Below, piece by piece: positions 25,926 through 38,300 of a stretch of 64,000 bases of DNA (the first letter of the stretch is position 1; each line of letters starts with the position of its first letter). The stretch is from Macrostomum lignano (taxonomy: Eukaryota), in NCBI GenBank assembly GCA_002269645.1, contig NIVC01003688.1, positions 1 through 64,000 of the forward strand, given 5' to 3'. The notes beneath the pieces were generated by a model that was not told where the DNA came from, ran no database searches, and worked only from the letters and a program-made list of their open reading frames with translations. The position numbers and the translations under genes are program-made.

Positions 25926-26459
25926 TCTGTTATGAGCAAAAATGAGCCACATTAACTTCCTCAAAATTTTAACGTCGAAAAAGTTAAAGAAAAATATTTT
26001 GACTCCTTCCCGGAATTGAACAAACTAAAATTCTCATTTCAAAAATTTATTGCCCGAGGCTGAAGATGCTACGAAGTTGGAAGCAGGAACTTTCAGCAAA
26101 TTGCTTTTTTCCCAGGCAATTTAGCTGAATGTACGCGTATCTAAAAAAGCAGTTGGGCTTTAATGGATTTTCTTAGAGACGGTGTGGTGATTTGCGGATA
26201 ATGGCCCCTCAGCCTAGTTTTGCCTTCTATCTTACGTTGCAAAATCCGATTCTATGAAGTTTTATCTTCCAATTTACTAATTTATTTTTTTTACGACAGT
26301 CTGCGGCGCTGAATGCGGGACGGAAGTTCAGAGATCTGAGCGATAAGATTGGAGCCTCATAAAACTGTTTTTCGGCCTTAGAGTTGCTTACCATCAATGC
26401 TAGGCTAATCCTTGTGGAGCTATTTATAAAATTGCAAATATGCATTTGTCTACATGCAA

Positions 26460-26524
26460 ATAGCTAGATAGACAGGCAGATAGACTGATAAGATAGATAG
26501 ATAGATAGATATAGATAGATAGAT

Positions 26525-26559
<35 letters not shown>

Positions 26560-26572
26560 TAGATAGATAGAT

Positions 26573-26611
<39 letters not shown>

Positions 26612-26624
26612 TAGATAGATAGAT

Positions 26625-26714
<90 letters not shown>

Positions 26715-26715
26715 G

Positions 26716-26752
<37 letters not shown>

Positions 26753-26830
26753 TTAGATAGATAGATAGATAGATAGATAGGTAGGTTGAGTGGATAGATG
26801 ATAGATCAGGTAAGCAAATAGATAGATAAG
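26460..26830. repeat. (TAGA)n microsatellite, inverted relative to 25640-25925
   Basis: Direct. Confidence 0.97.
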
Positions 26831-27399
26831 TGGGCAGATAGGTAGATTGCCAAGATGCACTGCCACCCTTGTCCTTTAAAGCACAGACTTCAGTCTCAAG
26901 GACGAATACAGAATGAGAAAGCTGAAATTTGATCGCCAATTTGCTCATAAATTAACATTCGCTACAGCCGATCTAAGGCTTCAAAAGAATGCAAATTGCT
27001 GCTTTCGGAAACGACAAGCAAAAATTAGAAATAAAATCTAAACGAAAAAGACAATTCTTTATAAGAGTATCTCGATTATTCATTCATGCACACCAGCTGT
27101 CTGAGGATACGATGTCAATAATTGTAAAAGAAATATCTATTCAACTTCGTAGACTTTTAAGCATATGCAGTTCATGTGCATCAAGATTGAAATATTATGT
27201 AGAGTTGCAAATGAAAGTACAGTGCATGAGTGCGTGTCATAACTTTGTTGCAGTTACATGTAAGTTAGAAAAACTTGTATGATACAGCTAATTATATAAC
27301 TAATCCAGCACTTTCAATAATGGTAGATTGCGTAGTAGGTAAGGGGACTGAAATAATGGCCATGGACACTCGTGATTGTCTATAAGACAAACTACTACG

Positions 27400-28240
27400 C
27401 AACATCATTGTCTATAAGACACATAGAGGCCATTATTTCAGCGTGCCGGAAGCGGTCATTATTCCACACTTTTTATCACGCTTCAATTGACTGTTTTGAG
27501 AGTTATTTTACACATAGACGACTGAGATGTGTGTCTTAGTTTGACCATAGACAACACTGTGATGAGTGCTGATTTCGTTTGCGTCTTGCAAGAAATCAGG
27601 AAAGCGGGTGTAGTACGAGTGAAAGCTACTTGTCTCGTCAAACAACTATGGCTGGTGCATCTCGTCAAACAACTATGGCTGGTGCATCTCGTCAAACAAC
27701 TATGGCTGGTGCATCTCGTCAAACAACTATGTCTGGTGCATCTCGTCAAACAACTATGTCTGGTGCATCTCGTCGAACAGCCTCGCTTATTAATTGGAAA
27801 AAATCTTGTCGACGACTGAACGAACCGTGCGACCTATGCTTCAGTGGAGATGACACAGGAGATGCGGGTGAAGCATGGTGAGTATAATATGTCAACATTG
27901 TAAGTAAATTAGTGGCTATACTAATGGTTATATAGCAACTGTGAATTTTTTACAATGTTCATTAATCTGCAGGTCGGATGGATTCGGAACGCGCAGTTCA
28001 CTTCTTTGAGAACTGCCACTTCAAGAATTGTACGTTTCAGTTTCAGTCTTCTCTTGACTATCCTTTTTCAGTGTATTCCAGAATGTCATGTAAACTGTTT
28101 GCGATTATTCCCTTATATCAGTTAATAAATGCATAGTTAAACTAATCGTCTATGGTTCAAACGCCTGCTAAGGCTGAAATAATGGCCAGTTGAGTTTGTC
28201 ATTATGCCAGGCTGTGTCTTATGGACAATGGTAGATTGTA
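27400..28240 (+). mobile_element. Degenerate inverted-repeat-bounded element with spliced coding remnants (possibly tyrosine recombinase/Crypton-like)
   Basis: Nested inverted pairs: GGCCATTATTTCAGC / GCTGAAATAATGGCC and GTTTGACCATAGAC / GTCTATGGTTCAAAC. Peptide pieces QEIRKAGV, ASLINWKK and HFFENCHFKNCTFQF. Internal 27-bp tandem repeat at 27640-27770. Confidence 0.35.
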
Positions 28241-28314
28241 TAGTATGCATCTGAGTTGAATACTATACAAGTGCATTGCTATGCACTTTTGCTGACATTA
28301 ACACGCGCGTGGGA

Positions 28315-28875
28315 TGCGAAGGCAACTTTCACTGAGATTAACTGTGTAGCATTCGAGTCCCCTAAGCTAGACCCTCAGCGCATTGCATTCGAGCTAGCTG
28401 CTGACTCTCTGGCCCAGCGGATACTCAGGCGGGTCCGGTCAGGCAACTGGAAAAACTGCTCAGAAGCCGAGCTGCCTTTCAAAAAGGTCTCCGAGTGCCT
28501 GACAATCGAGGATGGTATGTTGCATATGAAGAGGCGTGTCTTCATCCCGCCCCGTTTGCGGTTAAAGGCATTCAATTCGGTCCACGATACTCACTCAGGG
28601 GTTTGTACACCAATGTTCAGCTTGCGCAAAACTAAGACCGCGTCTAATGAAATCACGCGACACCTGGCCCCAAGCCTCGGGCCCGTTCCAAAGGATTCAC
28701 ATCGACTGGGCCTTTGTGCCTGAAGCAGGAAACGTCCTAATAGTTGTGGATGCTTTCTCCGGATGGATCGAGGCATTCCCTACCAAGGACAGGTCTGCGA
28801 ACAGTGTCGTGAAGTGCCTCCGAACCGTTTTTTGCCGATTTGGTGTTCCAGAGGTAGTTGTATCCGACAACGCGT
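28315..28875 (+). mobile_element. Ty3/Gypsy integrase fragment (zinc-binding start plus rve core), broken
   Basis: LTIEDGMLHMKRRVFIPPRLR...HDTHSGV and WPQASGPFQRIHIDWAF...LIVVDAFSGWIEA...LRTVFCRFGVPEVVVSDNA. Confidence 0.92.
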
Positions 28876-29230
28876 CTTGCGTCTTGCGTCTTACAAGAAA
28901 TCAGGAAAGCGAGTAGAGCGAGAAAAAGCTATTTGTCTTGTCAAACAACTATGGCTATAGTGCATCTCGTCAAACAGCCGCGCTTATTAATTGGAAAAAT
29001 CTTCCTGTCGACGACTGAACGAACCGTGCGGCGTACCTAGGAAGAAAACGCGACCATGCAGTCTTCAACGCCTCGACGGCTATAAGCGATGCCTCAAAGC
29101 GGACAATCGATTCAGTCGAGCAGCCGACAGTCCCAAAGAATCCCAACTTGGATACTGCGGTACCAAAGAAGCTCATCAGACGAAGCTCATCAGTCGCAAG
29201 CCAAGACGTGCATCTTTCAAATGGTAAGTT
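28873..29230 (+). mobile_element. Second copy of the 27590-27830 segment, fused to the integrase fragment
   Basis: Shared CAAGAAATCAGGAAAGCG...GTGCATCTCGTCAAACA...TTATTAATTGGAAAAA...GTCGACGACTGAACGAACCGTGCG; ends at donor AATG|GTAAGT. Confidence 0.6.
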
Positions 29231-29857
29231 CGGCAACTATACTTGAGCACCTGTATTTCTCTTTCATAGAAAACATTCAACATAGAACAACTCCTTTTGC
29301 AGTGCCAAATCATCAGGCTAAAGACCTAAAGTGTCGAGCATCTTTGGAAACTGCGGCTTTGAGAACTGCATGTTTCACTTTGGGTGACAAATTGATTTTT
29401 ACATTGTCAAATTTCGACCACAAACTGATAAACTGCACTAGCTGTGACATTTTTTGAACTCTTTTCGTGTAGTTGGTACTTTAGCTTTAATGATTTTTCC
29501 TTTTTGTTCATTTACTTCTTGTTGTTCTGTATTTATTAACAAAAATACTGAGCGATGGATTTTTTCAATCCAAATGTCTATGGTACACATCAAAAATGTG
29601 GAATAATGACCAAAATATTTTGTTATTGCGTCTGGGTAAAAGTATAATTACAATGTCTCCTTATGACACCCCACTGCCTCCCTATGACAATTCACACTCT
29701 CTATATGACACCCCTGCTGTTTCTTTTATAAAATGGTCATGAAAATAAATAAGATAACTATATTGTACCATGACCTTTGTGCCCGCTGGACACTTATTCT
29801 TGCCTTTTATAATGCCATGGACTACATTTAAGCCCCCTTGCAGGAAAGAAATATCGA

Positions 29858-31068
29858 AATTAGCGGGCAGTTAATGACATTTAACACCCGATTGTCTCTG
29901 TCAAACTTACTTTAATGCAAATTAGCGGGCAGTTAATGACATTTAACACCCGATTGTCTCTGTCAAACTTACTTTAATGCAAATTAGCGGGCAGTTAATA
30001 ACATTTAACGCCCGATTGTCTCTGTCAAACTTACTTTAATGCAAATTAGCGGGCAGTTAATGACATTTAACGCCCGATTGTCTCTGTCAAACTTACTTTA
30101 ATGCAAATTAGCGGGCAGTTAATGACATTTACCGCCCGATTGTCTCTGTCAAACTTACTTTAATGCAAATTAGCGGGCAGTTAATGACATTTAACGCCCG
30201 ATTGTCTCTGTCAAACTTACTTTAATGCAAATTAGCGGGCAGTTAATGACATTTACCGCCCGATTGTCTCTGTCAAACTTACTTTAATGCAAATTAGCGG
30301 GCAGTTAATGACATTTAACGCCCGATTGTCTCTGTCAAACTTACTTTAATGCAAATTAGCGGGCAGTTAATGACATTTAACGCCCGATTGTCTCTGTCAA
30401 ACTTACTTTAATGCAAATTAGCGGGCAGTTAATGACATTTACCGCCCGATTGTCTCTGTCAAACTTACTTTAATGCAAATTAGCGGGCAGTTAATGACAT
30501 TTACCGCCCGATTGTCTCTGTCAAACTTACTTTAATGCAAATTAGCGGGCAGTTAATGACATTTAACGCCCGATTGTCTCTGTCAAACTTACTTTAATGC
30601 AAATTAGCGGGCAGTTAATGACATTTAACGCCCGATTGTCTCTGTCAAACTTACTTTAATGCAAATTAGCGGGCAGTTAATGACATTTACCGCCCGATTG
30701 TCTCTGTCAAACTTACTTTAATGCAAATTAGCGGGCAGTTAATGACATTTAACGCCCGATTGTCTCTGTCAAACTTACTTTAATGCAAATTAGCGGGCAG
30801 TTAATGACATTTACCGCCCGATTGTCTCTGTCAAACTTACTTTAATGCAAATTAGCGGGCAGTTAATGACATTTAACGCCCGATTGTCTCTGTCAAACTT
30901 ACTTTAATGCAAATTAGCGGGCAGTTAATGACATTTACCGCCCGATTGTCTCTGTCAAACTTACTTTAATGCAAATTAGCGGGCAGTTAATGACATTTAA
31001 CGCCCGATTGTCTCTGTCAAACTTACTTTAATGCAAATTAGCGGGCAGTTAATGACATTTAACGCCCG
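29858..31068. repeat. 62-bp highly homogeneous tandem array, 20 units, each with a hairpin
   Basis: Unit AAATTAGCGGGCAGTTAATGACATTTAACGCCCGATTGTCTCTGTCAAACTTACTTTAATGC. Confidence 0.97.
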
Positions 31069-31270
31069 AATATTCTGTCCCACTTTGTCAAGGACACAAA
31101 TGTGTATGGCACAATAATAGTAATACCCATGCTTTAAGGGCGTTAATGGGAAAATCAGAGGGCGCCGTTAGTAATGTTGTTGTTAGTTAACATTAACAGT
31201 AATGTAACGTTAGTAATCTTAGTTAATGTACTATTGACCATAGACTACAGGATTCCTAGTAGACTAAAGG

Positions 31271-32609
31271 CAGGGAAGCCTCTATGGTCGCTGCGCTCCC
31301 CAGGAAGGGTCACTCACCCGCCCCACCCCACTCCGCTATACGAGTTTAGGGGCATGGCATAGAATGAAATGATGATGCTGCTTATCGATTTCTCGATAAG
31401 TATTTACCTTTCGTATTTAAGTATCACCTTTCGTATTTCACAGCTTGCTATCTAACTGGAAAAAGAATATTGACAGCAATACTGGATATTTGCAGCAAAC
31501 TGCTTTTAAACTTTGCTAAAATAAATCATGGTATTTAATTTCTGTGCTTCACTCTGTCACCAATCTGCCTCGATATGAGAAGAATCCGGCAGTCTCCATG
31601 CACAAATTTCCTTTATCTGCACAGCCAGAGCTTCTGAAAAATGGATCTGTGGAATTCCCCGAAAGTGGACAGCGGCAGAGTTGGAGAAGTTGCGCAGCGA
31701 TCCAAAGCACAACTACCGGATCTGCTGGCTGCTTTTTTCGGAAAGGTTTTTTGTAACCAACTCTCAGGACTCCAAATCCAGCCGTAAACGCTCCGCATTT
31801 GCAAATGCAGATGGACAAGCAAAGTAGCTGAAAAATCGACGGTTGACTTCTGATGCCGTACCCAGCATCTTTTCAAACGCGCCATCCTGCTTGAGTAAAA
31901 CTGTTCCTGAGGAGCGATCTACCACAATGAAATCTGCTCAGACTCGGCGAGAGAGTGCCATGCGTCGCTGCGAGGATGAGGCAGAAACATTCCTCGAAAG
32001 CGATGTCATTACGGACTTCCCTGATCTACTTGCGTTCGAGCTGCCCGATCATTTGCGCTGTTTTTTAAGCACGCATCCGAGTCTCAGGTAAACATTCTCA
32101 ACTGCCCGTGTGCCCTCTGCTGATAGGATAGAGATCGCAACATCAGTGACAGTAGATGTAACTTTTGGCTTTGAGGTCAGTATTGATGGATCGATGCGGA
32201 TTGGCTTTGGCCATGATCTGTATCACCTAAGGGTTTTCTCGCCATGATAAAATATTTCAATTAACTGTCTCTCTCTCCCAAATTCTTCGACAAATCTTTC
32301 CGTGGGTAATCATTCATCTTTTGTTTCATTGTGTTTGGATGGCCTGAAGGGTTGTAAAGTATCTTTCTCGCACTAACAAAGCGGAAGTTTTTTTGAATAA
32401 TACAACTTAAGGTTGCAGACCTAAAGTTCTGAATGTTTTGCGTTGACTAGTGCAAACCGCATCTTTCTATGACTTTTAGTCAAAAAGTTATCAGTCAAAA
32501 AATGAAAAAAACGTTGCATTTCCTATTCATTCACTGCTTTCCAATTGAGCTTTTACCCCTAAACTAGTGTCCCTTCCTGGGGAGCGCAGCGACCATAGAG
32601 GCTTCCCTG
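31271..32609 (+). mobile_element. Non-autonomous P-element-like DNA transposon carrying a decayed THAP domain
   Basis: 39-bp perfect TIR CAGGGAAGCCTCTATGGTCGCTGCGCTCCCCAGGAAGGG; 7-bp TSD CTAAAGG at 31264-31270 and 32610-32616. Frameshifted THAP from 31528: CASLC...SMHKFP...KKWICGIPR...RIC...RLTSDAVPSIF. Confidence 0.87.
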
Positions 32610-33177
32610 CTAAAGGCTTACAGTGACATGTATGATAGCAAGTAGTACGCTCGTATGTACGTAGCCGCAGTCAATTTTCATTTTCATTATATTATTGTCT
32701 ATAAATAACACACTGTAGACAAAAGCAACACGCTTACGTATATATTGGCGCTTCAATTGTACTTTTAGAAGAAAATCGGCCACTTGAACATGTTGAGCTG
32801 TAGATTTTACAATCAACAGAAGCAATTACGATTGCGAGGCCAAATCTTAAGGAACGAGTGTACGACATCTATCCCTACGAATTAGTTAGTCCACAAGTAT
32901 CTCATTCTGGCCAAAACTGCCGTATCTAGAGCAAGTCATTTCCTAATTTCCTCATTTGCTTCCCCAAAAAGTGCAATATCTCGCTGGCGTCGAAGGATGC
33001 AAATGTTGATAAGTTTCTGCTTCGGCAGCCAAGAAGATTTATGACTTATGTAGAGTAGCTGCTGTAAACATGCACCACAGTTAACAGCGCTTCTGCCATT
33101 AGCAATATTTTGTTACAGCCTGGTTTTAGTTTCTCTCTATTAAAGTAACAATTCGCCTCATATTTATTAGATTCTGC

Positions 33178-34110
33178 TTCCACTGAATATCGGGAAATAG
33201 GGTGACAGCTTCCACTGAATATTGGGGAATGGGGTGACAGCTTCCACTGAATATTGGGGAATGGGGTGACAGCTTCCACTGAATATTGGGGAATGGGGTG
33301 ACAGCTTCCACTGAATATTGGGGAATGGGGTGACAGCTTCCACTGAATATTGGAGAATGGGGTGACAGCTTCCACTGAATATTGGGGAATGGGGTGACAG
33401 CTTCCACTGAATATTGGAGAATGGGGTGACAGCTTCCACTGAATATTGGGGAATGGGGTGACAGCTTCCACTGAATATTGGAGAATGGGGTGACAGCTTC
33501 CACTGAATATTGGGGAATGGGGTGACAGCTTCCACTGAATATTGGGGAATGGGGTGACAGCTTCCACTGAATATTGGGGAATGGGGTGACAGCTTCCACT
33601 GAATATTGGGGAATGGGGTGACAGCTTCCACTGAATATTGGGGAATGGGGTGACAGCTTCCACTGAATATTGGGGAATGGGATGACAGCTTCCACTGAAT
33701 ATTGGGGAATGGGATGACAGCTTCCACTGATTATTGGGGAATGGGGTGACAGCTTCCACTGATTATTGGGGAATGGGATGACAGCTTCCACTGAATATTG
33801 GGGAATGGGGTGACAGCTTCCACTGAATATTGGGGAATGGGGTGACAGCTTCCACTGAATATTGGGGAATGGGATGACAGCTTCCACTGAATATTGGGGA
33901 ATGGGGTGACAGCTTCCACTGAATATTGGGGAATGGGATGACAGCTTCCACTGAATATTGGGGAATGGGATGACAGCTTCCACTGATTATTGGGGAATGG
34001 GTTGACAGCTTCCACTGATTATTGGGGAATGGGTTGACAGCTTCCACTGATTATTGGGGAATGGGGTGACAGCTTCCACTGAATATTGGGAAATGGAGTG
34101 ACAGCTTCCA
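33178..34110. repeat. 32-bp array GACAGCTTCCACTGAATATTGGGGAATGGGGT
   Basis: Direct periodicity. Confidence 0.97.
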
Positions 34111-34584
34111 TTAAAGATTTTCAATTCAAAAAATAAATAAAAAGACAAAGCCCCTGGCCGATAAACTTTATCACACATTGCAACAGATATTAAGAGTCAA
34201 AATAATTTGTACCAGTAAATGTATATAGTGTCTTAGGAAATGATTAACTTTGCATAAGCGAAATTAATTTAGGTGTCGTTTTAGTGAGGAGACAAAAAAG
34301 TAGTCAAATTAATAAGAAAATACTATATTTTATAATACGGTGATATTATTAGTGAAACGTGGATTACGAAATTGCACAGCAAAGCAAATAATAAAGGGGG
34401 AAATGCGAATTTTTAATATAACCACGACTAAATTAACTTGTATGAATTACCTGATGACACGCTGGTATACAGATGATTTTACTTTAAATATTAGTATACA
34501 ATATTATACGAGTATGTATGTCGGCATTTTATATATCTAACGAATTTTCGAAAATCGTCATAGGTAACAGTGTTACTGTTGATC

Positions 34585-35236
34585 CATTGTCTATGGCTTC
34601 TGAGGAGTGACTTATTATTGTCTATGGGTTATAAGTGGAGAGTGACTTTCTATTGTCTATGGGTTCTAATTGGAGAGTGACTTTCTATTGTCTATGGGTT
34701 CTAATTGGAAAGTTACTTTCTATTGTCTATGGGTTCTAATTGGAGAGTGACTTTCTATTGTCTATGGGTTCTAATTGGAGAGTGACTTTCTATTATCTAT
34801 GGGTTCTAATTGGAGAGTGACTTTCTATTATCTATGGGTTCTAATTGGAGAGTGACTGTCTATTGTCTATAGCTTTTAATTGGAGAGTGACTGTCTATTG
34901 TCTATGGCTTTTAATTGGAGAGTGACTTTCTATTGTCTATGGCTTTTAATTAGAGAGTGACTGTTTATTGTCTATGCCTTTTAAGTGGAGTGACTGTCTA
35001 TTGTCTATGGCTTTTAAGTGGAGTGACTTTCTATTGTCTATGGCTTTTAAGTGGAGAGTGACTGTCTATTGTCTATGGCTTTTAAGTGGAGTGACTTTCT
35101 ATTGTCTATGGCAACTAAGTGGAGAGTGACTTTCTTTTGTCTATGGGTTCTAATTGGAGAGTGACTTTCTATTGTCTATGGCTTCTAATTGGAGAGTGAC
35201 TTTCTATTGTCTATGGGTTCTAATTGGAGAGTGACT
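34585..35236. repeat. 33-35 bp array GGAGAGTGACTTTCTATTGTCTATGGGTTCTAATT, just 3' of ZW10
   Basis: Direct periodicity. Confidence 0.93.
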
Positions 35237-35329
35237 TAGGATTAATCGAAATGGGGTAACAGGTTGCAATGAAGATCAACCGTTACTAATAACCATATTC
35301 AAGCATCAGCATGCATGACTATACACACC

Positions 35330-38300
35330 TCAGTTAATCTTAGCTAGCACAGCGGCCCTATCGTCAGTATTAGTAAACAGAGCTTTCACAATGCCCCTAA
35401 CCTCAGCGTCGCTAAACGCATCGGCTAGCGGACTTTTACCGTCGCACCACAGGTCGGGAAAAGCGGCTAGCGGAGCAGACAGCATCCGGCCCAGTAGGCA
35501 GAACCTCGGCCAGCCGGGAGCGCAGCGCTCTAACGAAGCCGAACCGTTAGCGGCATCGTTGAACACCTTCGCTAGACGCTCCTGAACCCACTGAAAGATT
35601 CTAGCTAGATCATCGGCATCGCGACAATCGAAATCTTCTTGAGCAAGGGTGAACGATGTCAGCTGAGCAAGCAGGCAATGGGCCAGTGCGCCTAAAGCTT
35701 TGCAGCAAATTTTAGTAGGCAGAACAGACCAGACTCTGGCCAGGCATTCCAACTGGTACAGCGACTGGCGGCACAGTCGATTGTTGGCTTCATAGCTGCC
35801 GCCAGATGATTGCTGACCGACTGTCAGTTGACTGGCCGGCTCCAGGATGAGATCGCGCTGCCGGGCCAGCTGGGCCAGGAAAATTCTGGCGCCGTCTGCG
35901 CGCAGAGCGGCTGCCGCGTCTACCAAACATTTTGGCGGCGGATTCGAACCTCGGCCTGATACTAGCGGGCCGACAAATCTGAGGGCAAAGCGATTTTGGG
36001 GCTGTTTTCTGTAACTGGTTCTTTAGGATTCTTTCAAGGGATTATGAGCGATTTTTTAGGAGATTATGAGTGATTCTTTTAAGGGATAATGAGCGCATCT
36101 TTCAGGGGATTATAAGCAATTCTTGTAGAGGATTATGAGCGATTTTTTTAGGGATTATGAGCGACTCTTTCAGGGGATTATGAGTGATTCTTTCAAGGGA
36201 TTATGAGCGACTCTTTCAGGGGATTATGAGTGATTCTTTCAAGGGATTACGAGCGATTCTTTTAGGGGATTATAAGCAATTCTCGCAGTGGATTATGAGC
36301 GAGCCTTTTAGAGGATTATGAGCGATTCTCTAAGAGGATTTTAAGCAATTCTTGTGGGGGATTATGAGCGATTCTTTCGGAGGATTATGACCGTTTCTTT
36401 CAGGGGATAATGAGCGATTACTTCAGAGGATTATGAGCAGATTTTTTAGAGGATTATGAGCAATTATCTATAGAAGATTCCTGTTAAAGACGTGAAGCTA
36501 ATATAAGACAAGCAACTAACCTATGCTCAATATCCACAGCGCAGTGAGCCAAATAGTGACAATTATTATAATACAGAGCGGCCAGTTGCGGCACAGACGC
36601 CAGCTGCTCGGCGTGAATCAGGCTGGCCGTGTCCCGATAGAGCAGCAGAAGTTTCCGGCAGCACTGGCCAATGCGACAGCGAAGCTCGGCGCTGAACTTG
36701 CCGTCAACTGCGCCTTCTCCTCTTGCTGCTCCGTCGCTCGAGTCGCCGACTCCGTCTCCAGCGGTTGCCGATGCTTCCCGGCAAATCTGGCCAATATATT
36801 CCACTAAGTCAATGGCCGACTGGCTGACCCGACAGGTTGGGAAAGCAAATGTGCGCCTGCGTTTGTTTTGAATCAGTGGAGAGATTATTAAATTTTCTAT
36901 TTACAATAATAATTACACAGTTTACATTTGCTACTGATTTAGTAGTGCAAATAGTGTCGATTTGATATGTTAACTGGAGCGCTTGATGTTTCTTTTATTA
37001 AATAATAATTCATTTAACACACTCATGAACTAATCAGAAAATCGATGACTCACTCAGCACACTCGATGACCAATCAGAAAATCGATGACTCACTCAGCAC
37101 ACTCGATGACCAATCAGAAAATCGATGACTCACTCAGCACACTCGATGACCAATCAGAAAATCGATGACTCACTCAGCACACTCGCTGACCAATCAGAAA
37201 ATATATGACTCACTCAGCACACTCGCTGACCAATCAGAGCATCGATGAGACAATCAGCACACTCGCTGACCAATCAGAGAATCGATGACTCACACAGCAC
37301 ACTCGCTGACAAATCAGAGAATCTATGACTCACTCAGGACACTCGCTGACCAATCAGAGAATCGCTGACTCACTCAACACACTCGCTGACGAATCAGAGA
37401 ATCGATGACTCACTCAACACACTCGCTGACCAATCACAGAATTAATGACTAAATCAGCGCACTCGCTGACCTACCAGAGAATCCCTGACTTACTCAGGAC
37501 ACTCGCTGACTAATCAGGGAATCGATTCAGCACACTCGCTGACCAATCAGAGAATTGTTGACTCAATCAGCACACTCTCTGACTAATCAGGGAATCGCTT
37601 CAGCACACTCGCTGACCAATCAGAGAATTGATGACTCACACAGCACACTCGCTGACCAATCAGAGAATTAATGACTCAATCAGCACACTCGCTGACCAAT
37701 CAGAGAATACTGTACCCCTTCAAACAACCAGAACAAACCATAGCTAGTCTTACCTATCAATGTACTTTTCAATCAATTCAACCGCCTCTTTCCCACCACC
37801 GATGCAGTCGCCAAAATCGATGGCATCCATTCCAGTCTCCGACTGGGCGGCAGCCTCATCAACTAGAGCGCTGTCGGCTAGAGAGCGAGCGGCAATTTCG
37901 CGTCCAGCTTCCAAAATAGCGGCAATGCGTTTCTCGGCGAATACGACGCCAATTTCGCGAACGAATTCGCCTAAACGACTGACGTTGGGCGACACTAAGC
38001 GGCATTCGACAACAAGCTGGTGCTCGAGGCGCTCCACTGCCGCGGCCGTTTCTCCGTAGGCCTTGGGAGATTTGAGCAGGAGAATAACTAAATATCGGTT
38101 TTATGGCATCAATTAAGTGGGAATGAAGTTGGGATGGGATCAGTGAAGTTGGATGGGGATCACTGAAGGTGGGATGGGGATCCCTGAATGTGGGGGGATA
38201 CCCGAATGTGGGATGGGGATCCTTGGTGGGATGGGGATCCCTGAAGGTGGGGGATCCCCGAATGTGGGATGGGATCATGGAATTTGAGATGGGGGATCCC

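Noticed and set aside
29858-31068. CRISPR-like appearance of hairpin-containing regular repeats (also 681-2650)
   Set aside because: The units are contiguous with no unique spacers, there are no cas genes, and the context is eukaryotic.
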